64,000 nucleotides of DNA from Nannocystis bainbridge. Lineage in GTDB: Bacteria > Myxococcota_A > Polyangia > Nannocystales > Nannocystaceae. How positions within the stretch are numbered: the stretch's first letter is position 1; each line of letters begins with the position of its first letter. The stretch spans positions 96,001-160,000 of the forward strand of contig NZ_JAQNDL010000003.1 of assembly GCF_028368995.1 (NCBI RefSeq), given 5' to 3'. A model generated the notes under the pieces. The model saw nothing but the letters and a program-made list of their open reading frames with translations. It was not told the origin of the DNA and searched no databases. The translations under genes and the position numbers were made by a program. Below are positions 29,045 to 39,010 of this stretch, in pieces.

Positions 29045-29839
29045 ATGTTCGCCCGCAATCACGACACCCGTATCTACTACGAGCTCGGCGGCCGCGCCGA
29101 CGGCCCGCCGCTCCTGCTCCTGCGCGGCCTCACCCGCACGATCCGCCACTGGGGCCCGCTGCTCGACGACCTCGGCGCCAGCTTCCGCACCATCGCCATC
29201 GACAACCGCGGCGTCGGCCACAGCGACAAGCCGTTCGGCATCTACTCGACGCGCACCATGGCCGACGACGCCGTCGCCGTGCTCGATCACGCCGGCATCG
29301 GCGAGGCGGCCGTGTTCGGCATCTCGCTCGGCGGCGCGATCGCCCAGCAATTGGTCCTGCACCACCCGCAGCGCGTGCGGCGGCTGGTGCTCGGCTGCAC
29401 CCGCGCGAGCGGCAAGGACGGCCCGCCGGCCAGGCTCTCCACGGTCCTGAGCCTGCTGTCCCTGCTGTGGCTGCCGGAGGCCCGCGCGCTCGAGCGCTCG
29501 ACCCCGCTGGTGCTGTCGCCCGCGTTCCTGCGCGAGCACCCCGAGATCGTCGGCGAATGGCAGCAGCTCGCCGAGCAGTTCCCGACCCGCCGGCGCGCGC
29601 TGATCGGTCAGCTCGGCGCCGTCCTGCGCCACGACACCCGGGCCCGGCTCGGCACGATCGCCGTCCCGACCCTCGTCGTCAGCGGCGACGACGACCGCCT
29701 GATCGACGTCGCCTGCTCGCACGCCCTCGCAGCGGCGATCCCCGGGGCCCGGCTCGAGCTGCTGCCAGGCGCCGGCCACGACATCCCGGCCGAGCGCCCG
29801 CGCGAGGTCGCCGCGCTCCTGCGCGAGTTCTGCCTGTGA
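29045..29839 (+). CDS. Alpha/beta-fold hydrolase (enol-lactonase/esterase-like)
   Basis: DNRGVGHS, GISLGG, GDDD, GAGH. Confidence 0.9.
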   Translation: MFARNHDTRIYYELGGRADGPPLLLLRGLTRTIRHWGPLLDDLGASFRTIAIDNRGVGHSDKPFGIYSTRTMADDAVAVLDHAGIGEAAVFGISLGGAIAQQLVLHHPQRVRRLVLGCTRASGKDGPPARLSTVLSLLSLLWLPEARALERSTPLVLSPAFLREHPEIVGEWQQLAEQFPTRRRALIGQLGAVLRHDTRARLGTIAVPTLVVSGDDDRLIDVACSHALAAAIPGARLELLPGAGHDIPAERPREVAALLREFCL

Positions 29840-29997
29840 CGAAGGGACATGCCCGATCGGGCATGTCCCTTCGTTTATGCCCTCAAATACATGTCGTTCT
29901 GGACATGTTCTATCGTTCATGGCTGTCTGATGCGCTTGAGCACCACGAGAGGACATGCCCCCGAGGGCATGTCCTCTCGGCCATGTCTCTGGATCAA
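29836..29997. repeat. Intergenic phased array of 14-bp TGTC-N6-GACA-like units
   Basis: Units start at 29850, 29864, 29878, 29892, 29906, 29920, then 29956, 29970, 29984. Confidence 0.9.
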
Positions 29998-31079
29998 CCG
30001 CGCCGCTTGACCAGCGCCAGCCCGAGGCCGAGCACGAACAGCAGGAAGCGGGCAGCGTCGCTCGGATCGCCGCCGTCGCTGCTGCACGCGCAGCCCTTGC
30101 CGTCGTCGTCGCCGCCGGCGCTGTCGCTGTCGCTCGACGTATCGCCGGTGGCGTCGCCGGTGGCATCGCCGGACGTATCGCCGGTGGTCGGCCCGGTGTC
30201 TGTCTCCTCGCCGGTGGTCGGCTGCACCTCGCTCGCGCACGCGCTGCCCGGCACCGCGTCCGCCTCGGTCCAATCCGGCTCCGCCGGCGAGTCGATCTCG
30301 TGGGCGATGTCGTCGGTGCGGGCGTAGCAGGCCGAGCACAGCTCGAACGGCTCGGCCGCGTTGCCGGCGGCGTCGATCGCCGACACCTCGAAGCAGAGCT
30401 TCTGCGGGTCCCAGCTGCCGAGCTGCGTCTCGTGCAGCCCCACCCGGGCCACGAGCGCATCGCCGTCGGCCCGCACCGTCCGGCGCACGCCGAGCGGTCC
30501 CTCGCCGTCGGGGTCCCAGGCGATCGTGAAGAACGTCGGATCGCCGGGCGCGGGGTCGGTCTGGCCGAGGTGGAAGTAGAACGTGAGGTCGGTGTCGCTC
30601 TGGCAGTCGCCGCCGCTCGACACGAAGTCGCGGTGGTCGTAGACCGCGAAGAACGACGCATCGACGATCGGCGCCGGCGCCCCGACGTCGTCCGCGCTGG
30701 CGGTATAGGTGATCGTCGTCGGCTCGCATTCACCCGGATCGCAGAAGGTGCCCGACACCACCACGACCTGGCCCTCGGTCGGCGCCGGCTCGACGAACGC
30801 GCTCGCCGCCGCCAACGAGACCCCGAAGTCCGCCGGCACCAGCGTGGCCGGCTCGCCGTCGACCGTGACGGTCACGTCGTCGAGCTTGATGTAGTAACCG
30901 TTGAACAGCAGCGCCGCGTTGCCCGGGTGGGTGGTGCCGTCGACCGGCAGCGAGCTCTCCAGGCCCGGCGGCGGCGGTCCGCAGGCCTCGGCCGGGCGCG
31001 CGACCAAACCAGAAAGGGCACACGCGCCGATAAGCGCGGTGCCCTGCACGAAGCGACGGAAGCCGGGGGTCTTCAGCAT
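29994..31079 (-). CDS. Secreted Ig-like protein with MYXO-CTERM sorting signal
   Basis: Signal peptide ending ARPAEAC; GD/T-rich linker; GKGCACSS...TM...KRRG. Confidence 0.85.
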   Translation of the reverse strand: MLKTPGFRRFVQGTALIGACALSGLVARPAEACGPPPPGLESSLPVDGTTHPGNAALLFNGYYIKLDDVTVTVDGEPATLVPADFGVSLAAASAFVEPAPTEGQVVVVSGTFCDPGECEPTTITYTASADDVGAPAPIVDASFFAVYDHRDFVSSGGDCQSDTDLTFYFHLGQTDPAPGDPTFFTIAWDPDGEGPLGVRRTVRADGDALVARVGLHETQLGSWDPQKLCFEVSAIDAAGNAAEPFELCSACYARTDDIAHEIDSPAEPDWTEADAVPGSACASEVQPTTGEETDTGPTTGDTSGDATGDATGDTSSDSDSAGGDDDGKGCACSSDGGDPSDAARFLLFVLGLGLALVKRRG

Positions 31080-31262
31080 GATGCGGGTACATCTGCAAGC
31101 CACGCGCACCACCCCCGATCGTGAGTGATTTCCGCCGGTTGCGGCGGCTCTCGGGGCCCCGGGTGACGTGCCACATGGCGCGACTGTCCCGGTCACGACG
31201 CGCGCGCCGGCCCCGTCTGCGCCCGCGCACGCGGGGCCCGATGCGCGCCCGCGGGGGCAGTC

Positions 31263-31302
31263 TGTCCCCCGGGACAGCTTTTTAAAGATGTCTTTCAGGA
31301 CA
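31263..31302. repeat. Two perfect TGTC-N6-GACA units upstream of the ABC operon
   Basis: TGTCCCCCGGGACA (31263) and TGTCTTTCAGGACA (31289). Confidence 0.85.
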
Positions 31303-31354
31303 TGTTATTGGCGGCCCGGTCGTCGGCGCCCCGCGATTTCGCTACTCTCCCGGC

Positions 31355-32752
31355 GTGTCGCGTCCGCACGCCGCGCTCTGGCTCGCCGGCCTCCTCCTGT
31401 GGGCGTTCGCCGCCCTGGCCGCGCCGGCCGCGGGCCTCGTGCTCGCCGCGGCCGAGCCGGGCACGCCGGTCCGGCTGCCGACGCTGCTGGCGATCGCCGG
31501 CGACAGCCTCGTCCTCGCGGCCGCGCTCGCCGGCCTGGCGCTCGCCCTCGCCTACCCGCTGGCGCGCGCGGTCACGGCTCCGTGGCTGCTGCTGTTCGTC
31601 ATGATCGCCCCGCTGGCCCGGGCGATCGGCGCGCTCGCGCTGGGCCTGTCCCCCGGGACAGGTGCCGTCGCGCTCGCGCGGCTCGCCGGCGATGTCCCGC
31701 TGGCCGCCCTGCTGCTGCGCGCGCGGCTGCGGACCCGCCCGCGCAGCTGGCTCGACGCCGCCGCCGATCTCGGCGCCGGGCCGTGGCGGCGCTTCGTCAC
31801 CGTCGAGTGGCCGCACCTGCGCCCCGCCTACGCGCTGGCCGCGGTCTGCCTGGTCTTGCTGGCCCTCGGCGACGCCACGATCGCCGCGGTCGCCGGCGGC
31901 GGCAAGCGCTTCACCCTCGGCCTGGCCCTGCGCGAGGCCGTCCTGCTCGACGCTCATCCGCGGCGCGCCGCGGCGATCGCCGCCCTGTTCGCCGCGATCG
32001 CCGTGCCGTGCGCGTGGGCGCTGGCCCGCGGCCTGCGAGCGGCCGGGCGCAGCCGCGACGACCGTCAGCCGCCAGCCGCCCGCGCCGGCCTCGCGGTGCT
32101 CGTCGTCTGCGCCGCCCCGATCGCCGCGCTGGTAGTCCCGGCAGTGACATGGCCTTTGGGACAGGGCGATGCCCTCCTGGCCGCCCAGCTGCCCGCGACC
32201 CTCGCCAGCGCCGGCGCCTCGGCCGTGCTCGCCGCGGCGCTCGGTTGCGTCACCGGCCTGGCCGCGCCCGCGCGCTGGAGCCCCGCGCTGCTGCTGCCGC
32301 TGGCGCTGCCGCCGGCGGTCTACGGCGCGGCGTGGCTGGTGACCGCGCAACAGCTCGGCTGGCGGCCCGGGCCGCTCCTGACCTTTGTGACATTGCTTCC
32401 GGGACAGGTTGCCATCGCCCACGCCGGCGCCGCCGCGGCCTTCGCCGACCTCGGGCGGCTCGCCGACGCTGCCCGCGACCTCGGGGCCGGGCCGGCCGCG
32501 CGCGCCCGCTGGTTGTGGTGGCCGCTGGCGCGGCCGATCGGCGCCGCGCTGGCGCTGGTGGCCTTCGCCCTCGCCCTCGGCGACGCCGGCGCGGCCGGCT
32601 TCACCTCCGGTCCTGGCGGCAGCACCCTCGCCGTCGGCCTCGAGATCCTCGGCCGCGGCGGCGATCTGGGCGCCGTGCCGCGCTGGGCGCTCGCCCTCGG
32701 CCTCGTGCCCTTGCTGGCGGCCGCGCTTGCTGCTCTCCTGCGCCGGCGATGA
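31355..32752 (+). CDS. Fused double ABC permease (PotB/PotC-like, divergent)
   Basis: Two EAA-like loops (LDAAADLGAGP, LADAARDLGAGP); stop overlaps the ATPase start (ATGA). Confidence 0.8.
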   Translation: MSRPHAALWLAGLLLWAFAALAAPAAGLVLAAAEPGTPVRLPTLLAIAGDSLVLAAALAGLALALAYPLARAVTAPWLLLFVMIAPLARAIGALALGLSPGTGAVALARLAGDVPLAALLLRARLRTRPRSWLDAAADLGAGPWRRFVTVEWPHLRPAYALAAVCLVLLALGDATIAAVAGGGKRFTLGLALREAVLLDAHPRRAAAIAALFAAIAVPCAWALARGLRAAGRSRDDRQPPAARAGLAVLVVCAAPIAALVVPAVTWPLGQGDALLAAQLPATLASAGASAVLAAALGCVTGLAAPARWSPALLLPLALPPAVYGAAWLVTAQQLGWRPGPLLTFVTLLPGQVAIAHAGAAAAFADLGRLADAARDLGAGPAARARWLWWPLARPIGAALALVAFALALGDAGAAGFTSGPGGSTLAVGLEILGRGGDLGAVPRWALALGLVPLLAAALAALLRRR

Positions 32753-33819
32753 CGCTCTCGCTGCGCGCGCTGACCAAATCCTACGCCGGGCGCCTCGCGC
32801 TCGCGGAGGTCGACGCCGAGCTGCCCGCGGGCGGCTACACCTGCCTCATGGGCGCCTCGGGCTCGGGCAAGACGACGCTGCTGCGGATCGTCGCCGGCCT
32901 CGAGCGCCAGGATCGCGGCAGCGTGCTGCTCGACGGGCGCCCGCTCGACGATCTGCCGGCCGAGCGCCGCCCGGTCCACACCCTGTTCCAGGACTACGCC
33001 CTGTTCCCGCACCTCGACGCCGCCGACAACGTCGCCTTCGCCCCGCGCCTGCTCGGCCTGCGCGGCCGCGAGCTGACCGCCCGCGTGCGGGCATTGTTGG
33101 CAGATGTCGGATTGGACATGTCCTTCGAGACACGCAAGCCCGCGGCCATGTCCGGCGGCGAGCAGCAGCGGCTGGCCCTCGCCCGCGCCCTGGCCGGCGA
33201 GCCGCGCTGGCTGCTGCTCGACGAGCCGCTGGCCGCCCTCGATCGCCCGCTGCGGGCCGGCCTGCGCCGCCTGCTGCGCGACGTCACCCGCCGGCGCGGC
33301 CTCGGCTGCCTGCACGTCACCCACGACCCCGAGGAGGCGCTCGCGCTGGCCGACCGCCTGCTCGTGTTCGGCGGCGGCCGTCTGCTCGCCGCCGGCGCCC
33401 CCGCCGCGCTCTACGCCGCCCCGCCCTCGCTCCCCGTCGCCCGCCTGCTCGGCGAGATCACCCCCGAGCCGGGCGGCGACGGCTGGCTGCGCCCCGAGCA
33501 CCTGCGCCTCGCCGTCGGCGGCGCCTCGAAGGACATGTCCCCATCGACATGTCCCGAAGACCATGCCCTAAACGACATGCCCCATGGGCCTGCCGATCTG
33601 CCGCGAGGGTCAGGCGCCAGCGATCGCCCCGCCGCCCGCGCGCTCGGCACGGTGCGGGCCGTCGCCTGTCTCGGCGATCGCTGGGAGGTCGAGGTCGACA
33701 TCGGCGGGCGCGTCCATCTGTCGCGGGTCCCCGGCGATCCGCGCTGCGGGCCCGGAGAGCCCGCCTGCGTGACGTGGGACCGTGCGCGCGTGCTGCGGTT
33801 CGCCGGGCACGAGCCCTGA
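32749..33819 (+). CDS. potA: Polyamine ABC transporter ATP-binding protein
   Basis: GASGSGKT, FQDYALFPHL, MSGGEQQR, LLLDEP, VTHD; TOBE-like C-terminus. Confidence 0.88.
   Translation: MTLSLRALTKSYAGRLALAEVDAELPAGGYTCLMGASGSGKTTLLRIVAGLERQDRGSVLLDGRPLDDLPAERRPVHTLFQDYALFPHLDAADNVAFAPRLLGLRGRELTARVRALLADVGLDMSFETRKPAAMSGGEQQRLALARALAGEPRWLLLDEPLAALDRPLRAGLRRLLRDVTRRRGLGCLHVTHDPEEALALADRLLVFGGGRLLAAGAPAALYAAPPSLPVARLLGEITPEPGGDGWLRPEHLRLAVGGASKDMSPSTCPEDHALNDMPHGPADLPRGSGASDRPAARALGTVRAVACLGDRWEVEVDIGGRVHLSRVPGDPRCGPGEPACVTWDRARVLRFAGHEP
33522..33591. repeat. Five phased 14-bp units inside potA
   Basis: CGCCTCGAAGGACA TGTCCCCATCGACA TGTCCCGAAGACCA TGCCCTAAACGACA TGCCCCATGGGCCT. Confidence 0.9.
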
Positions 33820-33828
33820 GCCTGTGGC

Positions 33829-34875
33829 ATGGTGCCGCCCATGCAGGGACTGAGCCGCCGCACCTTCCACCGCTTGCTCGGCGCCGGTGCGTGCGCCACC
33901 GCCTGCTCCGGCGGGGGCAGGACCCTCGCGCTCTACAACTGGGGCGACTACCTCGCGCCCGAGGTCATCGAGCGCTTCACCGCCGCCACCGGCTTCCGCG
34001 TCACCCAGGACTACTACCTCGCCGAGGCCGAGCTGGTGGCCAAGCTGGCGAGCGGCGCCGCCTACGACGTGGTGTTCCCGATCGACTACGTGCTCGAGCG
34101 CCTGCGCAAGCAAGCCCTCGTGATCCCGCTCGGGCGCGACAAGCTGCCCGGGCTCGCCAACCTCGACCCGCAGTTCGGCCCGTGGCTCGGCCCCGACAAC
34201 CAGATCTACGCCGTCCCGTACCTCTGGGGCACCACCGGCATCGGCTACGACAGCGACCACGTCGAGGCCCCGACCTCGTGGAAGGCCCTGTCCGACCCGC
34301 GCTACGCCGGCAAGATCAGCGTCATCGACAGCAAGGGCGACGTCTTCGATCAGGCCCTGCTCGCCGCCGGCATGGACATCAACACCACCGACAAGCCGGC
34401 CCTCCGCGAGCGCGTGTTTCCCCTGCTGCAGGCCCAGAAGCCGCTCCTGCGCGCGTATGACAGCAACCCGGCGCGGGCGCTGGTGTCGGGCGAGACGTGG
34501 ATCGCCCAGATCGACAGCGGCGACCTGTTCCGGGCCCAGAAGCAGCGGCCGAGCCTGCGCTACGCGATCCCCGACGAGGGCGCGGTGCTGTGGGTCGACT
34601 ATCTGGCGATCCCCGCCACCGCGCCGCTCTCCGCCGTCGCGGCGCGCTTCATCGATTTCTTGCTCGACCCCGAGATCGCGGCGCTCAACGCCAACGCCCT
34701 GCGCTTCGCCACCCCGAACCTGGCCGCGATCACGCGCGGCCTCGTCGCCGACGCCGCCGACCCCGCGCTGTACCCCTCGGCCGAGACGCGCAAGCGGCTG
34801 TTCGTGTCGGAGAACTGGTTCGGTCAGACCGAGGCCGTCGTCGACGAATTGTGGCTCGAGCTGCGCCGCGCCTGA
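33829..34875 (+). CDS. potD: Spermidine/putrescine ABC substrate-binding lipoprotein
   Basis: Tat-like SRRTF, LYNWGDY, VPYLWGTTGIGY, PDEGAVLWVD. Confidence 0.88.
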   Translation: MVPPMQGLSRRTFHRLLGAGACATACSGGGRTLALYNWGDYLAPEVIERFTAATGFRVTQDYYLAEAELVAKLASGAAYDVVFPIDYVLERLRKQALVIPLGRDKLPGLANLDPQFGPWLGPDNQIYAVPYLWGTTGIGYDSDHVEAPTSWKALSDPRYAGKISVIDSKGDVFDQALLAAGMDINTTDKPALRERVFPLLQAQKPLLRAYDSNPARALVSGETWIAQIDSGDLFRAQKQRPSLRYAIPDEGAVLWVDYLAIPATAPLSAVAARFIDFLLDPEIAALNANALRFATPNLAAITRGLVADAADPALYPSAETRKRLFVSENWFGQTEAVVDELWLELRRA

Positions 34876-34974
34876 GCCCCGCGAAGGCGTCACGGCGCGG
34901 GCGTCGGAGCTGCCGATCCAGCAGCAGACCGCCCCGCTGGCGGGGCATACGCGCACGCTGTCGCCGGGCCTCGC

Positions 34975-36216
34975 TCAGCGGAACGGGAGGTAGTCGTGGA
35001 TCCAGTGCGTGCCGTGGGTCGTCAGCGGCGCGGCGTGGGGGCGACGCTGCAGGTCGGCGACGATGCGGGCGCCATCGACCGTGCCGGTGAGCCGCAGGGT
35101 GTCGTCGCCGGTATGTTGATAGTCGAGCACGACGGCCAGAACGCCGGGGTGCGCGAAGCTCAGCGTGTGTGCCTCATCGTCGATCGTCAGCAGATACAGG
35201 GTGCCGGCGCCGTCGGCGGTCTGGATGGTGGCGAGGCCCTCCTGGTTGAGGGCGACGCGCAGCCAGCGGCGTTCGTCGGGCATATCGGCGTGGCCGTCGC
35301 CGGTGAAGGCGATCACGCGGTACACACCGTGCAGCGGTCCGATCGGGGCGAGTTCGCCGGTGCTGCGCATGAGGCCGAGGCAGACGACGAAGTGGTGGGT
35401 AGACATGCCGACGACCAGGGCGAGCCGGGTCCACCAGGCGGCGCGGCGCCACGCGCGGGAGGCGATCGGGAACGGGTCGGTCGTGCGCGCCGGGACGGCG
35501 TGGCCCCACAGCGCGGCGAGCAGACGGGTGAGCTCGGGGCCGGCGAGCAGCAGGGCGAGCAGCAGCAGGTGCGTCGCGTGCAGCTTGACCGGGACGTCGT
35601 AGCAATAGTTGAGGAGGACGACGTTCGTCATGACGACGACGGTCAACAGGGCGCCGGCGGGGCGGGTGCGGCGCCAGAACAGCAGCACGCCGGCGACGAC
35701 CTCGATCAGGCCGGTGGCGCTCTGATAGGCAGGGCTCGCGCCCATCAAGCTCCACAGCAGCAGCGTCGGCGAGGTGTCGCCGAGCGGGAGGATCGCCCGC
35801 TCGGGACCGATCGCGGGCATCTGCGTGGGGATCAGCTTGTACCAGCCGTAGGTGAGCATCTCGAGGCCGAGGTACACGGCTGCGTAGGCCCGGCCGCGAT
35901 CCATGGCCCGCAGCGACGGTTCAGAGGTACGTGTGACGAGTGGCCACAGCGTGGCGAGCACGCCGGCGAGCGCGAGCCGGGCGAGCGCTGAGACGTAGTA
36001 GTAGGCCTGATCGCCGGCGTCGCTGTCGATGCGCGGGACGGCCGCGAGGCCGATGCGGTCGCCGAGCCAAGCGACCAGCGCGAGCCACGGCTCCTCGTGG
36101 ACGTGGACCCACGGCAGGACGAGATCGCCGAGCATCCACAGCGGGAACAGCAGGAGGTAGAGCAGGAAATAGGCGAGCACCCAGCGCCACAGGAAGGCGG
36201 ATATGCGCGCATGCAT
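34975..36216 (-). CDS. DoxX-like polytopic membrane protein with C-terminal soluble domain
   Basis: YGWYKLIPTQ...LLWSLMGASPAY...E...NVVLLNYCYDVPVKL. Confidence 0.8.
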   Translation of the reverse strand: MHARISAFLWRWVLAYFLLYLLLFPLWMLGDLVLPWVHVHEEPWLALVAWLGDRIGLAAVPRIDSDAGDQAYYYVSALARLALAGVLATLWPLVTRTSEPSLRAMDRGRAYAAVYLGLEMLTYGWYKLIPTQMPAIGPERAILPLGDTSPTLLLWSLMGASPAYQSATGLIEVVAGVLLFWRRTRPAGALLTVVVMTNVVLLNYCYDVPVKLHATHLLLLALLLAGPELTRLLAALWGHAVPARTTDPFPIASRAWRRAAWWTRLALVVGMSTHHFVVCLGLMRSTGELAPIGPLHGVYRVIAFTGDGHADMPDERRWLRVALNQEGLATIQTADGAGTLYLLTIDDEAHTLSFAHPGVLAVVLDYQHTGDDTLRLTGTVDGARIVADLQRRPHAAPLTTHGTHWIHDYLPFR

Positions 36217-36738
36217 GGACGACGGGGTCACCGGGCCTGCATACTAGAGTCCGCTACGAATTGTTCCGGGCGCAGGGTGCTGCGCGGGCACCTGTGCTTT
36301 AAAATTTCCTGGGACATATGACGCCCGGACGAGCATGGTCGCCGAGGTGGATGTATCTCGTGGCCAATCGTAGTGGCTAAATGCCAGCGTCCGGCGTTGC
36401 GACAAATGACGGGCTTACCCAGCTTGTCAATTTCGTCTGCGCGATCGAGGCTCTCGCAATGGGTGTAAGACGGCATCGATCGCGAACGCGGGGCCAGGGT
36501 GAAAAGCAGCGCATCCTGGAGAAGCCGTGGGGCGAATTCGCGGCCGCGACCCTCGATGTCTGCTCGTGCAGGGCCCGGCGCGGTCCTGCACCCGGTTGAG
36601 CTCCCCGCTCGCCTCCCGCCGGGCCGCCACCGCAGGTGTGGTAGGCTCGGCCGGAAAAACGGCCACGGCGGACGTTGCCGACGGCGAGTGTGTAGAATGC
36701 CAAATCACGACAGTCCTTCGACGCGATGGATTCACCGC

Positions 36739-37545
36739 ATGCGGCCGCGGGCCCGGGCGACCGCCACGACCCTGCTGTTCGCCGGCCTCGCGGCATGCAC
36801 CCCGAAGCCCGTCGCCCCCGTCGTTGCCCCTGTGCCCGCCGACGCGCCTGCGGCCGCGACCGCGCACGCCTCGCCCGCGCCCACGAACACCCCCATGCCC
36901 TCGCACGCCTCGTTATCATTCGACCACGTGATCCTCCCCGCCGGCGGTGAGGTCCGCGTCCTCGACCTCGTGCTCACCGCGATCGAGGTCCGCGAGGAGC
37001 AATACGACCACAAGCCCGGTCACGGCGACGTGCTGGCCGCCACCCTGCACGTCCGCGCGGCCGGCAGCCCCGCGCCGTCGACCCGGGACATGGCCGCCCA
37101 GAGCGACGCCCTCGTCCGGGTCCGCTCCGACGCCGGCGCCGGCGGCACGACCTGGCAGCATTACCGGTTCGTCGTCACGGGCGGCGACCGGAACGCGGTC
37201 GTGCTCGCGGTGACCCCGTTCTCCCGCGCCGGATCGGCCGGCGGCGCGCCCCTCAAGCTCGATGCCCGCGGCGGCATCGGTGCGGCGGCGGGCCTCGCCT
37301 TCACCGTGCTCGAGGTCGTCGAGAAGTTCATGAACGACGGCAACACCATGATGCGCGTGAAGCTGCACGTGCGGCGCGCGGGCACCCCGGCGCCCTCCGC
37401 TGCCGAGCTCGCCGACGAGGATTCGCGGGTGACGCTGACGTCGGACCCGGGCTCCGACACCACCACGTGGAACGGCTTCCGCATCGACTACCTCGGCGGC
37501 TGGCGCGACGAGGTCGAGCTGCGCATCGTGCCACCGGCGAATTGA
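36739..37545 (+). CDS. Hypothetical lipoprotein with two internally repeated beta domains
   Basis: Lipobox LAAC; LHVRAAGSPAPS / LHVRRAGTPAPS and TTWQHYRF / TTWNGFRI. Confidence 0.75.
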   Translation: MRPRARATATTLLFAGLAACTPKPVAPVVAPVPADAPAAATAHASPAPTNTPMPSHASLSFDHVILPAGGEVRVLDLVLTAIEVREEQYDHKPGHGDVLAATLHVRAAGSPAPSTRDMAAQSDALVRVRSDAGAGGTTWQHYRFVVTGGDRNAVVLAVTPFSRAGSAGGAPLKLDARGGIGAAAGLAFTVLEVVEKFMNDGNTMMRVKLHVRRAGTPAPSAAELADEDSRVTLTSDPGSDTTTWNGFRIDYLGGWRDEVELRIVPPAN

Positions 37546-37859
37546 TAGCCCTGCGTCGCGGACCTGGCGATTCCGCAGGCCCGCGAATGCGAATCGGCGC
37601 ATCCCGGAAGCCGCGCGGTTCCGTCCGACCGCGCCGGGGCCCCATGGATCGGCTCGCTGCTCAGCGAGCCCCCGGCCCTCCGCATGCGTCCCCCGATGAT
37701 TCGCTGGCGGACTCCATCGATTACGAGCCTGCCGCGACCGATGATTGGGGTCACCGCTCCTCGCCGCGAGGCCCCAATTGCGGCCGCTACACTGCGACGA
37801 TCGACCCGCGCGAATCGACGCCTTGACGCTATTTGCCGCCCGGTGATAAGGCCGCTGCC

Positions 37860-38966
37860 ATGGCCATGACCCTGCAAAATTGGTGGTTCGTCCTGCCCTC
37901 CCTGACGCTGCTCGCCGCGCCCGCGTGCGGGGGCGACGGCGGCGCCACGACCGGCACCACCGGCACCGACGGCACGACGGAGCCCGGCACGACCGACGGC
38001 ACCACCACCACGGGCAGCACCGGTCAGCCGGGCAACCCGAGCAGCCCGGCCACCAGCGAGACGCCGACCACCGACGGCACCACCCTCGAGCCCACGACCG
38101 CCACCACCGACGAGCCGGCGACCGTGACCACGGAGGAGCCGGGCACCACCACTACCACCGAGCCCGGCACCACCACCAGCGAGCCGGGCACCACTACCGA
38201 CACCACCACCGGCACCACCGGCCCCGTCGAACCTGGCCCTGACCATATCCCCGAGATCCCCGACGACGGCATGCCCTCGTCGGCCCACTTCAAGAAGATC
38301 CCGCTCGGCATGTCCGACGCCACCCAGGGCTTCTGGGAGTACACCCCGCCCGGCTACGGCGGCGGCGAGAAGTACCCGCTGCTGGTGTTCCTGCACGGCA
38401 TCGGCGAGAACGGCAACGGCGACAGCGAGCTCGACAAGGTGCCCAACGGCGGCGGCCCGCCGCGGCTGCAGAAGAACAACCAGTGGGACACCACCCTGCC
38501 GTTCGTCGTGCTCTCGCCGCAGCACCCCGGCGGCGGCTGCCCCGGCCCGGGCGAGATCCACTCGTTCATCGAGTTCGCGATGACGCACTACGACGTGAAC
38601 CCCGCGCGCGTCTACCTCACGGGCCTCAGCTGCGGCGCGATCGGCTCGTGGGGCTACCTCGGCGATTTCCTCGACGAGCAGATCGTGGCGATGGTCCCGA
38701 TCGCCGGCGACGGCAAGGGCGCGTTCAACAAGGCCAAGTGCGAGCTCGGCCGCGTCCCGATCTGGGCCTTCCACGGCGACGCCGACCCGACCGTCAACGT
38801 CAGCGGCACCATCGTCCCGGTGGAGGGCCTGCAGGCCTGCGACCCCAAGCCCGACGTCGAGATGGTGATCTATCCCGGCACCGGCCACGACTCGTGGTCC
38901 AAGACCTACGATCTGTCCGCCGGCCATGACATCTATTCGTGGCTGCTCGAGCGCTACAAGCAATAG
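37860..38966 (+). CDS. Lipoprotein: Thr-rich linker + alpha/beta hydrolase (predicted peptidase/esterase)
   Basis: AAPAC lipobox; YPLLVFLHGIGE, YLTGLSCG, WAFHGDAD, GHDSW. Confidence 0.85.
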   Translation: MAMTLQNWWFVLPSLTLLAAPACGGDGGATTGTTGTDGTTEPGTTDGTTTTGSTGQPGNPSSPATSETPTTDGTTLEPTTATTDEPATVTTEEPGTTTTTEPGTTTSEPGTTTDTTTGTTGPVEPGPDHIPEIPDDGMPSSAHFKKIPLGMSDATQGFWEYTPPGYGGGEKYPLLVFLHGIGENGNGDSELDKVPNGGGPPRLQKNNQWDTTLPFVVLSPQHPGGGCPGPGEIHSFIEFAMTHYDVNPARVYLTGLSCGAIGSWGYLGDFLDEQIVAMVPIAGDGKGAFNKAKCELGRVPIWAFHGDADPTVNVSGTIVPVEGLQACDPKPDVEMVIYPGTGHDSWSKTYDLSAGHDIYSWLLERYKQ

Positions 38967-39010
38967 CCCACCCATGCGCATTGTCCCCGCGCGCCCGCGA
39001 GGGCGCCCGC
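38875..39010 (+). repeat. Direct repeat copy 1 (hydrolase 3' end plus downstream DNA)
   Basis: Aligns with 44382-44523; first 27 nt identical. Confidence 0.85.

Noticed and set aside
29836-29997. CRISPR array
   Set aside because: The period is 14 bp with 6-nt spacers and degenerate repeats, and no cas genes are in the window.
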